A stretch of DNA of 63,826 bases, counting the filler. It is 7 parts of 7 records of this genome, joined end to end, with 100 filler letters (N's around TTAATTAATTAA, not from the genome) between each part and the next. Parts side by side here need not be neighbours in the genome. Positions count along the whole stretch, not along the records: positions 52,742 to 63,826 come from SRR31147125_20185; 6 more parts are not named here. One strand, 5' to 3'. Within the stretch, counting starts at the first letter, position 1. Each line of letters begins with the position of its first letter. The notes under the pieces were generated by a model. That model made no database searches. It worked only from the letters and a program-made list of their open reading frames with translations, and was not told the origin of the DNA. Of the stretch, positions 55,287 through 63,826 are shown piece after piece. Both the position numbers and the translations under genes were made by a program.

Positions 55287-55768
55287 ATAAATAGTAAACA
55301 GCGAAAACTTTTATCTAAGCTTTCGCTGTTTTCATTTGCTATTATTATTTTTACTAATGAAACCTTCTTTTTTAAAAATGCTAACCTATATTATAACCCT
55401 ATAAAAAATATAATTTTTACAAAATTGTTATTATATTTGTCTAAATTTTAAATTAGTAACGATTGTAAAAAACATTTTTTTGGAGAATTAAATTTTGAAA
55501 TAATAAGTTTTGTATATTTTTCTTCATAAAAAAATAAGAATATCACTTTTGATATTTATAATACAATACAATATGTAAAAAAACATTATTGAGATAAAAA
55601 TACGGTTGTAATATTATAATTGTCCATATGTGTAATTATAATCATTGTAAGTTTGTATAAAACTGTAAAAAGTTATTAAATCATTGAATTTAAAGAGAAT
55701 TTAAGGTATAATAGCCATTATCAAGAAATGAACTAAAGAAACTAAACCGTATACAAATAGGAGTAAAA

Positions 55769-57216
55769 ATGAGAAGACTAATAAATACTATAATTCTGAT
55801 TTTTGTTATATTGAATTTAAATCTATATGCTGGCCTTGACTTTTCAATTGAGGTATTTGAGAATTCTCATAATATTTTGTTACTAATAAATCCAGATAGT
55901 GCCGAAATAATAGATGCCAGCTTAGGGGCAAAAGAGTTCTATAAATATCCCCATCTAATAGGAATGAAAATATCAAAAATAAACAAATTAAGTGAAAGTG
56001 AAGTAATGGAAGAGATAGCTAAAGCTAGGCGTGAGGAAAGAAGTTACTTTCGCTTTAAACATGAGCTTGTAGATGGTAAGGTTAGTGATGTAGAGGTTAT
56101 TTCATATCCGTTGGAGTTAGATAACAAGACAGTACTTCTTTCATCGATTCGAGATGTTACTGGAGAACATAAAACGGCTCACCTATATAAAGTTTTTCAA
56201 AAGGGGTTACTTTTTGTATTTGTTACACTAACGGCGGTTGCCCTGTATATGTTCTTTAAGGTTGAGATAAGTAATAAAAGATATAAAGAGCTCTTTGAAA
56301 ATATGAATGAAGGATTTGCTGTTCATGAGATGATATATGATAAATCAGGCAAACCCCATGATTATAAATATATAGCGATTAATCCAAAGTTTGAAAAAAT
56401 GACAGGTTTGAAAAAAGACTATACTATTGGGAAAACTGTGAGACAGTTATTACCTCATATTGAAGAGCATTGGATTGATAATTTTGGAAATGTGGCTAAA
56501 ACTGGAGAACCTCTTGCTTTTGACAATTATTCAGAGGATTTTGATAAATATTTTGATTGTTACGCCTTTTCCCCTGGTAAAGATAAGTTTGCTGTGGTAT
56601 TTACTGATATTACAGAGAAAAAAAGGCAGATGAAGCACTTCAGAAATATAAAGATTTGCAGTTAAACTTGACAAACAGTATAATTATCTCGCTGACAGGC
56701 TTATTGGAGCAACATGACCCGTATACAAAAAATCATAGTGAGAATGTAGCGGAGTTAAGCAGGAAACTAGCTAAAACCTTGGAATTGCCAAAAGAACGGG
56801 TAGTAAGAACCTATTATGCTGGTCTGGTACATGATATAGGTAAAACGATAATACCAGGGCATATACTTAGGAAAACAGGGCGCTTAAGTGATGACGAATT
56901 TTCTTATATAAAAGAACATCCCGTTATTGGTTTTCGAGCTTTGAACAAATCAGGAAGCTTAAAAGATATCGCGGAGATAGTTTTTTATCATCATGAAAAA
57001 TGGGACGGGAGCGGTTACCCACGTAGATTGAGCGGGGAAGCGATACCTCTAGAGTCGCGAATACTGACAATAGTTGATGCGTATGACGCAATGGTGAGCG
57101 ATAGACCGTATAGAGAGGCTAGAACAAAAGAGTATGCCATAACTGAATTAAAGAGAAATGCAGGAACTCAATTCGATCCTGAATTGGTGAAACTGTTTAT
57201 TGAAATTATTAGTTAG
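55769..57216 (+). CDS. PAS-PAS-HD-GYP phosphodiesterase, frameshifted in an A-run near 56620
   Basis: Two PAS-like domains; HDPYTKNHS, HDIGK and HHEKWDGSGYP. Confidence 0.88.
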
Positions 57217-57222
57217 AAAATA

Positions 57223-57263
57223 AAGCGTAGAGGTAATTTATTAATTGCCCTACGCTTGTTTTT
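57223..57263 (+). terminator. Intrinsic terminator after the HD-GYP gene
   Basis: AAGCGTAG...CTACGCTT followed by a T tract. Confidence 0.65.
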
Positions 57264-57398
57264 AATTTAACTCACTTCCAGCCTGTGCTTTGGAGAATAA
57301 AAAGAGAATTTTTTTGTTTAAGAATTGTATAAAAACTTGCATTTAACTCTAAAATATGAAAGAATAACAAAAGGAATAATGTAACTAGGAGGAGATAC

Positions 57399-58136
57399 AT
57401 GAGGTTTTCACTACAATTTCAGCTAAAATATAAAAAAATCCCTACAGATTATCGTAGAAAATTCATTTCATTCTTAAAGAGGTGTTTCGAAACATACAGC
57501 GAAGATGTGTTTGAGAAGTACTATAAAGATAGAGATAATATAGATAAGCCGTATACGTTTTCCGTATACCTCGGTAAGGCAAAATTTCAAGGAGACATAA
57601 TTGAGCTTCAAAATGATAGAATCTTTCTTAATTTTTCGACTTTTGAGAATGAGTCTGGGCTGTATTTCTACAATGCAGTAACTGCTATGGTGGGAACAGA
57701 GTTCGTATTTGGCAGAGGAAATAAAATGACCCTGCAAAATGTAAAATTAAACAGTGAAAAAAATGTGATATCAGATAGCTTGGTGTTTAAGACTTTATCA
57801 CCTGTACTTATTAGAGATCATGTGGAGGAAACTAATATTGATAACTACCTATCATTTGATGAGGATGAGAGTAATGATTTTCAAATATTGAAAAGGAATC
57901 TAAAGTATCAAATAATTAGTTGCTTTGGTGAAAAATCAGCAGATGATGCTGATGCGCTGGAAATAAAAAATTTGAATATGAAAAAAATAATTGTGACGAA
58001 TTATGCGATAAAAATTCCAACTAGTATAGGAAGATTTCAATTGACTGGGAAATCCTATATACTAGACTACCTATATAAAGCAGGTATGGGGAGCAAGAAA
58101 AGTGCTGGATTTGGAATGTTGGATATTGTCGATTAA
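57399..58136 (+). CDS. cas6: CRISPR-associated endoribonuclease Cas6
   Basis: PTDYRRKFISFLK, KPYTFSV, KTLSPV and the C-terminal G-loop GMGSKKSAGFG. Confidence 0.93.
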   Translation: MRFSLQFQLKYKKIPTDYRRKFISFLKRCFETYSEDVFEKYYKDRDNIDKPYTFSVYLGKAKFQGDIIELQNDRIFLNFSTFENESGLYFYNAVTAMVGTEFVFGRGNKMTLQNVKLNSEKNVISDSLVFKTLSPVLIRDHVEETNIDNYLSFDEDESNDFQILKRNLKYQIISCFGEKSADDADALEIKNLNMKKIIVTNYAIKIPTSIGRFQLTGKSYILDYLYKAGMGSKKSAGFGMLDIVD

Positions 58137-58217
58137 TGAATACATATAGCTTGGACGTTATAAATAACGCCCGTACGCTTGAAGACTTGGAAGAGAGAAA
58201 GAGAAGCAAAATTTAAC

Positions 58218-58266
58218 AGACAGGAGATTATCAAAAGATGAATTTTGATAACCTCTTGTCTTTTTT
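58218..58266 (+). terminator. Intrinsic terminator after cas6
   Basis: AGACAGGAGATTATCAAAA ... TTTTGATAACCTCTTGTCT plus T tract. Confidence 0.65.
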
Positions 58267-58341
58267 ATTGTAGATTTTGATTTGATTGAACGGTATTTTA
58301 TGGTAATATAGTATAAGAATTTCAATGTGAAAGGAAAAACA

Positions 58342-59085
58342 ATGAGAAGACTATTTTTGCTTGGTGGATATGATTTGGAAATGTTAGAGATAAAGAAAAT
58401 ATTAGAGGAAAACAATTTGGAGTTTTATGACAAAAAATTAAGTTGGGGAGCAAAATTAAGTCATTATTTGGATATTATTAATGAAAAGCTTGATTGTGAA
58501 ATTGTAGGAATAGAATTAATAAAAGATATTCCTATTACCTTTGACTATGTTGATATTGATCATCACAATGAAAATATAGATAAAAAATCAGCTATTGAGC
58601 AGATTGGTGAAATATTAGACATTCAACTAACAAGAAAACAATTATTAATTGCACAAAATGATACTGGATATATCCCTGCAATGATAGAATTTGGAGCAAC
58701 AAAGGAAGAGATTGAGGAAATTCGATTATTGGATAGACAAGCTCAAGGAATAACTGAACATGACGAAAAATTAGCCTTAAAAACATTGAAAGAGAATCAA
58801 CGTGTTGAAAGAGGCATTGTTGTTGTAAAATCATCAACTTCTAAGTTCTCAACAATCACAGATAGACTTTATCCTGCTGAACGAATTTTTGTCTATACAG
58901 ATAATGAGTTTACATATTATGGAAGTAGAGCAAGGGAGTTAGGGCAAAAATATCAAGATAAATTTGGAGAAAAAATATATTTTGGCGGTAGTGAAGATGG
59001 TTACTTTGGAGCAGGTGAAGGTAAGTTTGATTTAGAAGAAATAGAGTTAATTTTGAAAGAAGTGATTGATTATGTCGGAAAATAG
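58342..59085 (+). CDS. NrN-like DHH-family phosphodiesterase of a type III CRISPR locus
   Basis: LLGGYDLEM, WGA, IDHH, NDTGYIPAM and DRQAQG; overlaps the start of the CorA-like gene. Confidence 0.75.
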   Translation: MRRLFLLGGYDLEMLEIKKILEENNLEFYDKKLSWGAKLSHYLDIINEKLDCEIVGIELIKDIPITFDYVDIDHHNENIDKKSAIEQIGEILDIQLTRKQLLIAQNDTGYIPAMIEFGATKEEIEEIRLLDRQAQGITEHDEKLALKTLKENQRVERGIVVVKSSTSKFSTITDRLYPAERIFVYTDNEFTYYGSRARELGQKYQDKFGEKIYFGGSEDGYFGAGEGKFDLEEIELILKEVIDYVGK

Positions 59086-60656
59086 TTCGCAAGAGAATAA
59101 AGATATAGTTAGCTATCATACTTTTATGTTTCCTTTTACTATAGAGGATGATGAATTTGAGTTAAAAAAAATAGAAAAAGAATTGAAAAAAGAAAAGTGG
59201 AACCCTATTCCTTTTGATATAGACGGGGTTCAAGGTAATTGGAATGATGAAAATATTTACAACTATAATGAATATGTTTATTTTTATCCAATGGTTCAAA
59301 AACTTTTGTATAATCAAAACTCTAATGTAAATAACAAGGATTTAAGTGTCTATTTTGAGAATAAAAAAATCAATAAAAATTCAAAATATCTAATAAAAAT
59401 ATCTGAGGAAAAGGAGTACACGCTTAATATATCAAGTATTGCACTTAGAATTTTTAAAACAGGGGTTGGAATACTCTCATATCATCTTGAAAATTATGAT
59501 ATAACAACAAAGAAAAAAGATATTCTTAAGATTAATGAATTCGGAAGAAGAGTGTATCCTCAATTTATTCCATTAGAAAAATCAAAAGGAAATATTTTAG
59601 CAAATGAATTAAAAATTGAGGGAATACCCTCCGAGAATTTTGAAAATTACTTAGAAAACAAAAGAGTGAGACTTTCTAAAACAATTACGGAACTTTTAGG
59701 AGAAAAATTAAGTGAAAAAATTAAACCTCTCATTGATGATAGAATGTTTACTCTTTGTTGGTATGGAAATAATGAATTTTCAAAAAATGTTACAGCTGAA
59801 AATAGAAGAATCCAGTGACTATAATTATTTGGCTGATGAGAAGTGGGCAGAATTTATATTTGTAGATGGTGATGGTAATACGTGTCAAAGTGATATTATG
59901 CTTAAAGAGTTACTAAAGAAGCACACCTATGATAGATGGGTTAACTACGGAACACTATATGGAATAAGTAGATATTCATTTGTGTGTTTAACACCAAGTT
60001 TTAATGTATTAAAAAAAGTAAAAGCAGATTCTATTCTAAATCATATGAAAACAATGTATTATCAAATTATGGTTATTGCACTGATGCAAAGAGCGAGTAC
60101 TTTAAAATTCAAACACAAAATTTCTACACTTGTAGGTGAAAAAAATAGTGAAAAAATTAGAAATTTACAACAAGAATACATAGAGTTTATTAATTCAATG
60201 AACTTTCGAGAAGTTACAGCACAAGAACAGGGGATAGAAATGTACAATATGGTTCGGGATATTATGGGAATTAATGAAGCAGTAAGAGAATTAGAAGAAG
60301 AAATACAAGAACTTCATAATTTTCATGCAATGCTAGAAAGTGAAAAAGTATCACGAAATTCTGAGAATTTAGCACTCATTGCAGGAGTTGTTGTAGTTCC
60401 AACTTTATTGATAACTCTATCAAGTATTATTAAATTTGAAACAATAATTCCAGATGTAAATAGAGTTTTAATTGATAAAAACAAGGTGATTTTTTATGGT
60501 GGAGTTTTTCCAATAGGGTTAACATTATTGATTTTAAAGTTTAAAATTTGGGTTACAAATGGGAAAAAATTAAAAAATAGAATATTAGATATTATGACAG
60601 ACGAAATTCTAATACTAGTTCTTGTATTAATAGGGTATTTAATTTGGATAGCATAA
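59072..60656 (+). CDS. CRISPR-associated CorA-like membrane effector, about 528 aa, with a 1-nt frameshift near 59800
   Basis: SYHTFMFPF, INEFGRRVYP, IDDRMF, HTYDRW, YGISRYSFV, EVTAQEQGIEMY, a long helical stalk and C-terminal TM helices. Confidence 0.8.
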
Positions 60657-60671
60657 AGGGAGGGGCAATGT

Positions 60672-61883
60672 ATGGCAAAATTAACAGTAAAACTAAAGCA
60701 ACACACACCGCTGATACACTTTCAGCACGACCAAGACGGGGCAACACTTAGGGCGACGGAGTTAAAGTCTAAGTTGGATAAGTTTATAAGAGAGAATTAT
60801 AAAAAAAATGTATTTGAAAATATCTTTGATGGAAAGGAAAAATTAATTGAAGATAATATCTTGCCTTTGAAAAATAACAGTGTCTATAAAATAAGAGTAG
60901 TTTCAGAAACAGAGAAAAAATTAAAACACGCAACATTTATTAGTAAAGGTAAAAGAGAGCAGTTGAAAAAAGAAGGTAGCGTTCAACCAAAATCGGGAAC
61001 TCCGTATTTTGGAGATAACCTTTCATTAGAATTTAAAGACATTAGTTTAGTTTTCTTTAGTTTTAATGAACAGATTTTAAGATTAATAAAAAAAGTTTTA
61101 CCGTATATATTCATATATGAAAATTTTGGCACAAGACAATCAAAAGGTTTTGGTTCATTTACGCCTATTACATATAATTTTGGAGTTAAAGAGGAAGAAT
61201 ATAAATATAATTCAAGGGCAATATTAAAGCAAAATTTTGATATATTTTATGAAAAAAAGGGTTTTTTAGAGGATATTCAATCAGATTATTCAAGTTTAAA
61301 ATCAGGAAAGAATTACCCGTATGAAAAATCATGCCTTATGGAATTTCTTTACCCACAGATTAGATGGGAAAAAGCTAGAATTAAACATGAATTGAAGCAA
61401 AGATATCCAAAATATTTTAATAAATTGTTCTCAAAGAATAACCACCAAAAATTTTCAAAAGAAACAGATTTTAAAAAAGAGATTTTGGATGAAGACACAA
61501 GATATATTAGAGGATTATTAGGGCTAGCAGAAAATTATGAGTTTCTTTGTAAAAATAAATATGATGCTAAGAAACCAGATTATAAAAATAAAATAATTAT
61601 TAAAATTAATCCTTTGAATAATGAAATTCAAAGATTTAAATCACCAATAAATTTTAAAATCATAGAGAATAAAATATATCTAATACCTAGAAAAATAAAT
61701 GAAGAATTATTTGACGCGAAATTTGATTTTCGATTTATTTATAAAGAAAAATCTAAATTAGGAAATCAAGAAGAAGGAAATTTATTTACAATTTCTACAC
61801 CAAGTAAAGAGGAGTTTAATCTAATTAGTTTTTTAGATAAATCGCTTGGGAAATTTGGTTTTAAAAAAGTAGGTGAGAACTAA
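60672..61883 (+). CDS. cmr1: Type III-B RAMP protein Cmr1
   Basis: LKQHTPLIHFQ, ATLRATELK, G-loop NFGTRQSKGFGSF and RFKSPI; directly upstream of cas10. Confidence 0.82.
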   Translation: MAKLTVKLKQHTPLIHFQHDQDGATLRATELKSKLDKFIRENYKKNVFENIFDGKEKLIEDNILPLKNNSVYKIRVVSETEKKLKHATFISKGKREQLKKEGSVQPKSGTPYFGDNLSLEFKDISLVFFSFNEQILRLIKKVLPYIFIYENFGTRQSKGFGSFTPITYNFGVKEEEYKYNSRAILKQNFDIFYEKKGFLEDIQSDYSSLKSGKNYPYEKSCLMEFLYPQIRWEKARIKHELKQRYPKYFNKLFSKNNHQKFSKETDFKKEILDEDTRYIRGLLGLAENYEFLCKNKYDAKKPDYKNKIIIKINPLNNEIQRFKSPINFKIIENKIYLIPRKINEELFDAKFDFRFIYKEKSKLGNQEEGNLFTISTPSKEEFNLISFLDKSLGKFGFKKVGEN

Positions 61884-63415
61884 TGCTAAAATACATCGGA
61901 GCAACGATAGGACCTATTGTAGATACAATTTCAAGAGCAAGAAAAACACGTAGTGCATGGCGAGCAAGTTATATATATTCATATATTATGAAAAAAATCA
62001 TCATAGAATTAAAAAATGATAATAGAGTAGAGTTAATATTGCCATTTTCTAAAGAGGAAAAAGTAAAAGTTTTTGAAGAAAATTCTCATTTAGGTGCAGG
62101 TTTATTTCATGACAGATTGATTATTGAAGTTTCAGATAATGAGTTTAAGCTTGAAAGTTTATCTGATATAAAAGATAGAGTATTCAATGATATTGCAGAA
62201 AAAATAAATAGTGAGAAAAAATTAGAAGTAAAGAAATATTTTGATACATATATGAACTTTTACACTATTGAAAAAGAACTAGAGGGAAATGAAAATATCA
62301 TATTTGAAATATCAAAATATCTCGATGTAATGGAACTGCAACCACAAATGTGCCTTATGCAGTTTGAGAATGGAAAAAACTATTTATTTGATTTTATAAA
62401 AGATAAAGACAATAAATTATTAGAAGAGGATGCTTATGGAATTGAGCATGAGGATAAAATTAAATCACTTCCGGAAATTGCATGGACGGATATTTATAAT
62501 CAAATAGATGATAAGAGCAAAATTAACGAAAATCCTGATAATTCAGATGATGAAGATGGATTTAATTACTTTAGAAGAGAACACAAAGCTTTATTCAAGA
62601 AACACCATAAATATTACTCTATAGTGCGAGCTGATGGAGATGGAATTGGTGCAATAATTAATGAGTTCAAAGAAAAATCTGAGTATCAAGATTTTTCGAA
62701 TATTTTATTTGAATTTGCAAAAGATTCTGTTAAAGAAATTGAAGAATACGGGGGATTACCTATATTTGCAGGTGGAGATGATTTATTATTCTTTGCACCA
62801 ATTATAAATAGTTCGTGTGCTGAATATAAAAATATATTTGAATTAACAACGGCATTATCAAATATATTTGAAAAGAAAGTAAAAGAAATAACAGAAGATA
62901 GAAAAGCGACTCTCTCTTTTGGGATAACAATGAATTATTATAAATATCCACTATATGAAGCTTATGGCGATTCCGCGACAGAGTTATTTGGTAAAGCAAA
63001 AAATTATAATGGAAAAGATGCAACAGCGGTAAGGTTATTGAAAGGTAGCTCAAAACCAATTGAGTTTATCTTGAATAAAGGTGAAAAACAGAGCTTCCAA
63101 AGTTTTTTAAATAGCTTCCTATTGGAAGCTAAAGATAAAAATATGATAAAAGGTGTAGTTTATACACTAGAAAATCAAATAAAAATATTAGAATGTATTC
63201 AAGCAGATGAAGAAAAATTAAATAATTTCTTTAAAAATAATTTTAAAAAAGAGGTTCATACAGAAAAAGATGGAGAAAATACTGTATTAAACCCAAAAAT
63301 GAAGGCTATATTAAAAGAATGCATAGCCTATGGTAAAAAAGATAGAATAGAAACAGTGCTAAAATTATTAAGGTTTGTGATGTTCTTAACTGAGGAGGGG
63401 AATGCAAATGAGTAG
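61883..63415 (+). CDS. cas10: Cas10/Cmr2, HD-less, with intact palm (GGDD) domain
   Basis: TIGPIVDTISRARKTRSAWRASY, YYSIVRADGDGIG and FAGGDDLLF; 510 aa with no N-terminal HD domain. Confidence 0.93.
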   Translation: MLKYIGATIGPIVDTISRARKTRSAWRASYIYSYIMKKIIIELKNDNRVELILPFSKEEKVKVFEENSHLGAGLFHDRLIIEVSDNEFKLESLSDIKDRVFNDIAEKINSEKKLEVKKYFDTYMNFYTIEKELEGNENIIFEISKYLDVMELQPQMCLMQFENGKNYLFDFIKDKDNKLLEEDAYGIEHEDKIKSLPEIAWTDIYNQIDDKSKINENPDNSDDEDGFNYFRREHKALFKKHHKYYSIVRADGDGIGAIINEFKEKSEYQDFSNILFEFAKDSVKEIEEYGGLPIFAGGDDLLFFAPIINSSCAEYKNIFELTTALSNIFEKKVKEITEDRKATLSFGITMNYYKYPLYEAYGDSATELFGKAKNYNGKDATAVRLLKGSSKPIEFILNKGEKQSFQSFLNSFLLEAKDKNMIKGVVYTLENQIKILECIQADEEKLNNFFKNNFKKEVHTEKDGENTVLNPKMKAILKECIAYGKKDRIETVLKLLRFVMFLTEEGNANE

Positions 63416-63826
63416 TACAACACGTTATTTAGTGCGATTTAAGCCTCTTGATGCTTATTTTTTCTCAGGTAGAGAAACATTTGATTACTCAAGTGGAAAA
63501 ATATTGGATGTAGAAACGCCAAACTATTATGTTAAATCAGAATATTTTCCCCAACAAACTACAATTTTAGGAGTATTAAGAAGAGAATTATTGATAATAA
63601 AAGATTTGTACGAAGAGAAGAGATATAATTATGAAAATAAAAAACTTGATGAAATAATTAATTTAATTGGGAGTGGTAGTTTTAATGCCTCAATGCCAGA
63701 AGGTTATAAAAATGAAGATAGCTTTGGTGTAATTAAAAATATTTCTCCAGTATTTTTATATAAAAACAAAAATGTTTTTACCCCTGCACCCCTGAATTAT
63801 GAATTGATGTTTGAAAAATTGGAAGG
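63408..63826 (+). CDS. cmr3: Type III-B Cmr3, truncated by the window end; missing from the ORF track
   Basis: Manual translation MSSTTRYLVRFKPLDAYFFSGRETF...KSEYFPQQTTILGVLRRELL; GAGGAGG RBS. Confidence 0.88.
   Translation, partial: MSSTTRYLVRFKPLDAYFFSGRETFDYSSGKILDVETPNYYVKSEYFPQQTTILGVLRRELLIIKDLYEEKRYNYENKKLDEIINLIGSGSFNASMPEGYKNEDSFGVIKNISPVFLYKNKNVFTPAPLNYELMFEKLE

Noticed and set aside
55769-57216. HD-GYP protein as a CRISPR second-messenger nuclease or substitute for the missing Cas10 HD domain
   Set aside because: Ordinary PAS-HD-GYP signalling architecture, separated from cas6 by its own terminator; the NrN-like gene already fills the degrading role
57217-58341. CRISPR repeats flanking cas6
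   Set aside because: No repeated unit found; only terminator hairpins and promoter-like AT-rich DNA
62105-62125. His-Asp in GLFHDR read as a Cas10 HD nuclease motif
   Set aside because: It lies inside the first palm domain; the protein starts directly with palm motifs and has no HD domain

Overview
This window is not one locus. It is a concatenation of seven unrelated contigs joined by artificial 100-nt N-TTAATTAATTAA-N linkers at 7931-8030, 15994-16093, 21609-21708, 38668-38767, 44070-44169 and 52642-52741. (1) Low-GC anaerobe: sufCBDS with an IscR-like box, a YwnB-like reductase with two Rrf2-type operators, and an AT3-SGNH O-acyltransferase. (2) Bacteroidetes-like: gpmI, DUF3109 and an apparently uncharacterised sigma54-driven cluster resembling a chaperone/usher fibre system. 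(3) GC-rich sulfate reducer: hybrid response regulator/kinase and rrf2-hmcABC. (4) Clostridia-like housekeeping and regulatory genes, including infC-rpmI-rplT. (5) Deltaproteobacteria-like: larE, cheW, an acidic-repeat HTH protein and prkA. (6) Sugar ABC/DUF2291 catabolic operon, apiose/erythritol-like. (7) Low-GC contig ending in a type III-B CRISPR-Cas locus, cas6 / NrN-like DHH nuclease / CorA-like effector / cmr1 / HD-less cas10 / cmr3, which is the architecture of SAM-AMP signalling systems. No CRISPR array is visible. Many genes carry 1-nt frameshifts, mostly in homopolymer runs, most likely sequencing errors. Taxonomic labels are inferred from composition and gene content only; no database searches were run.
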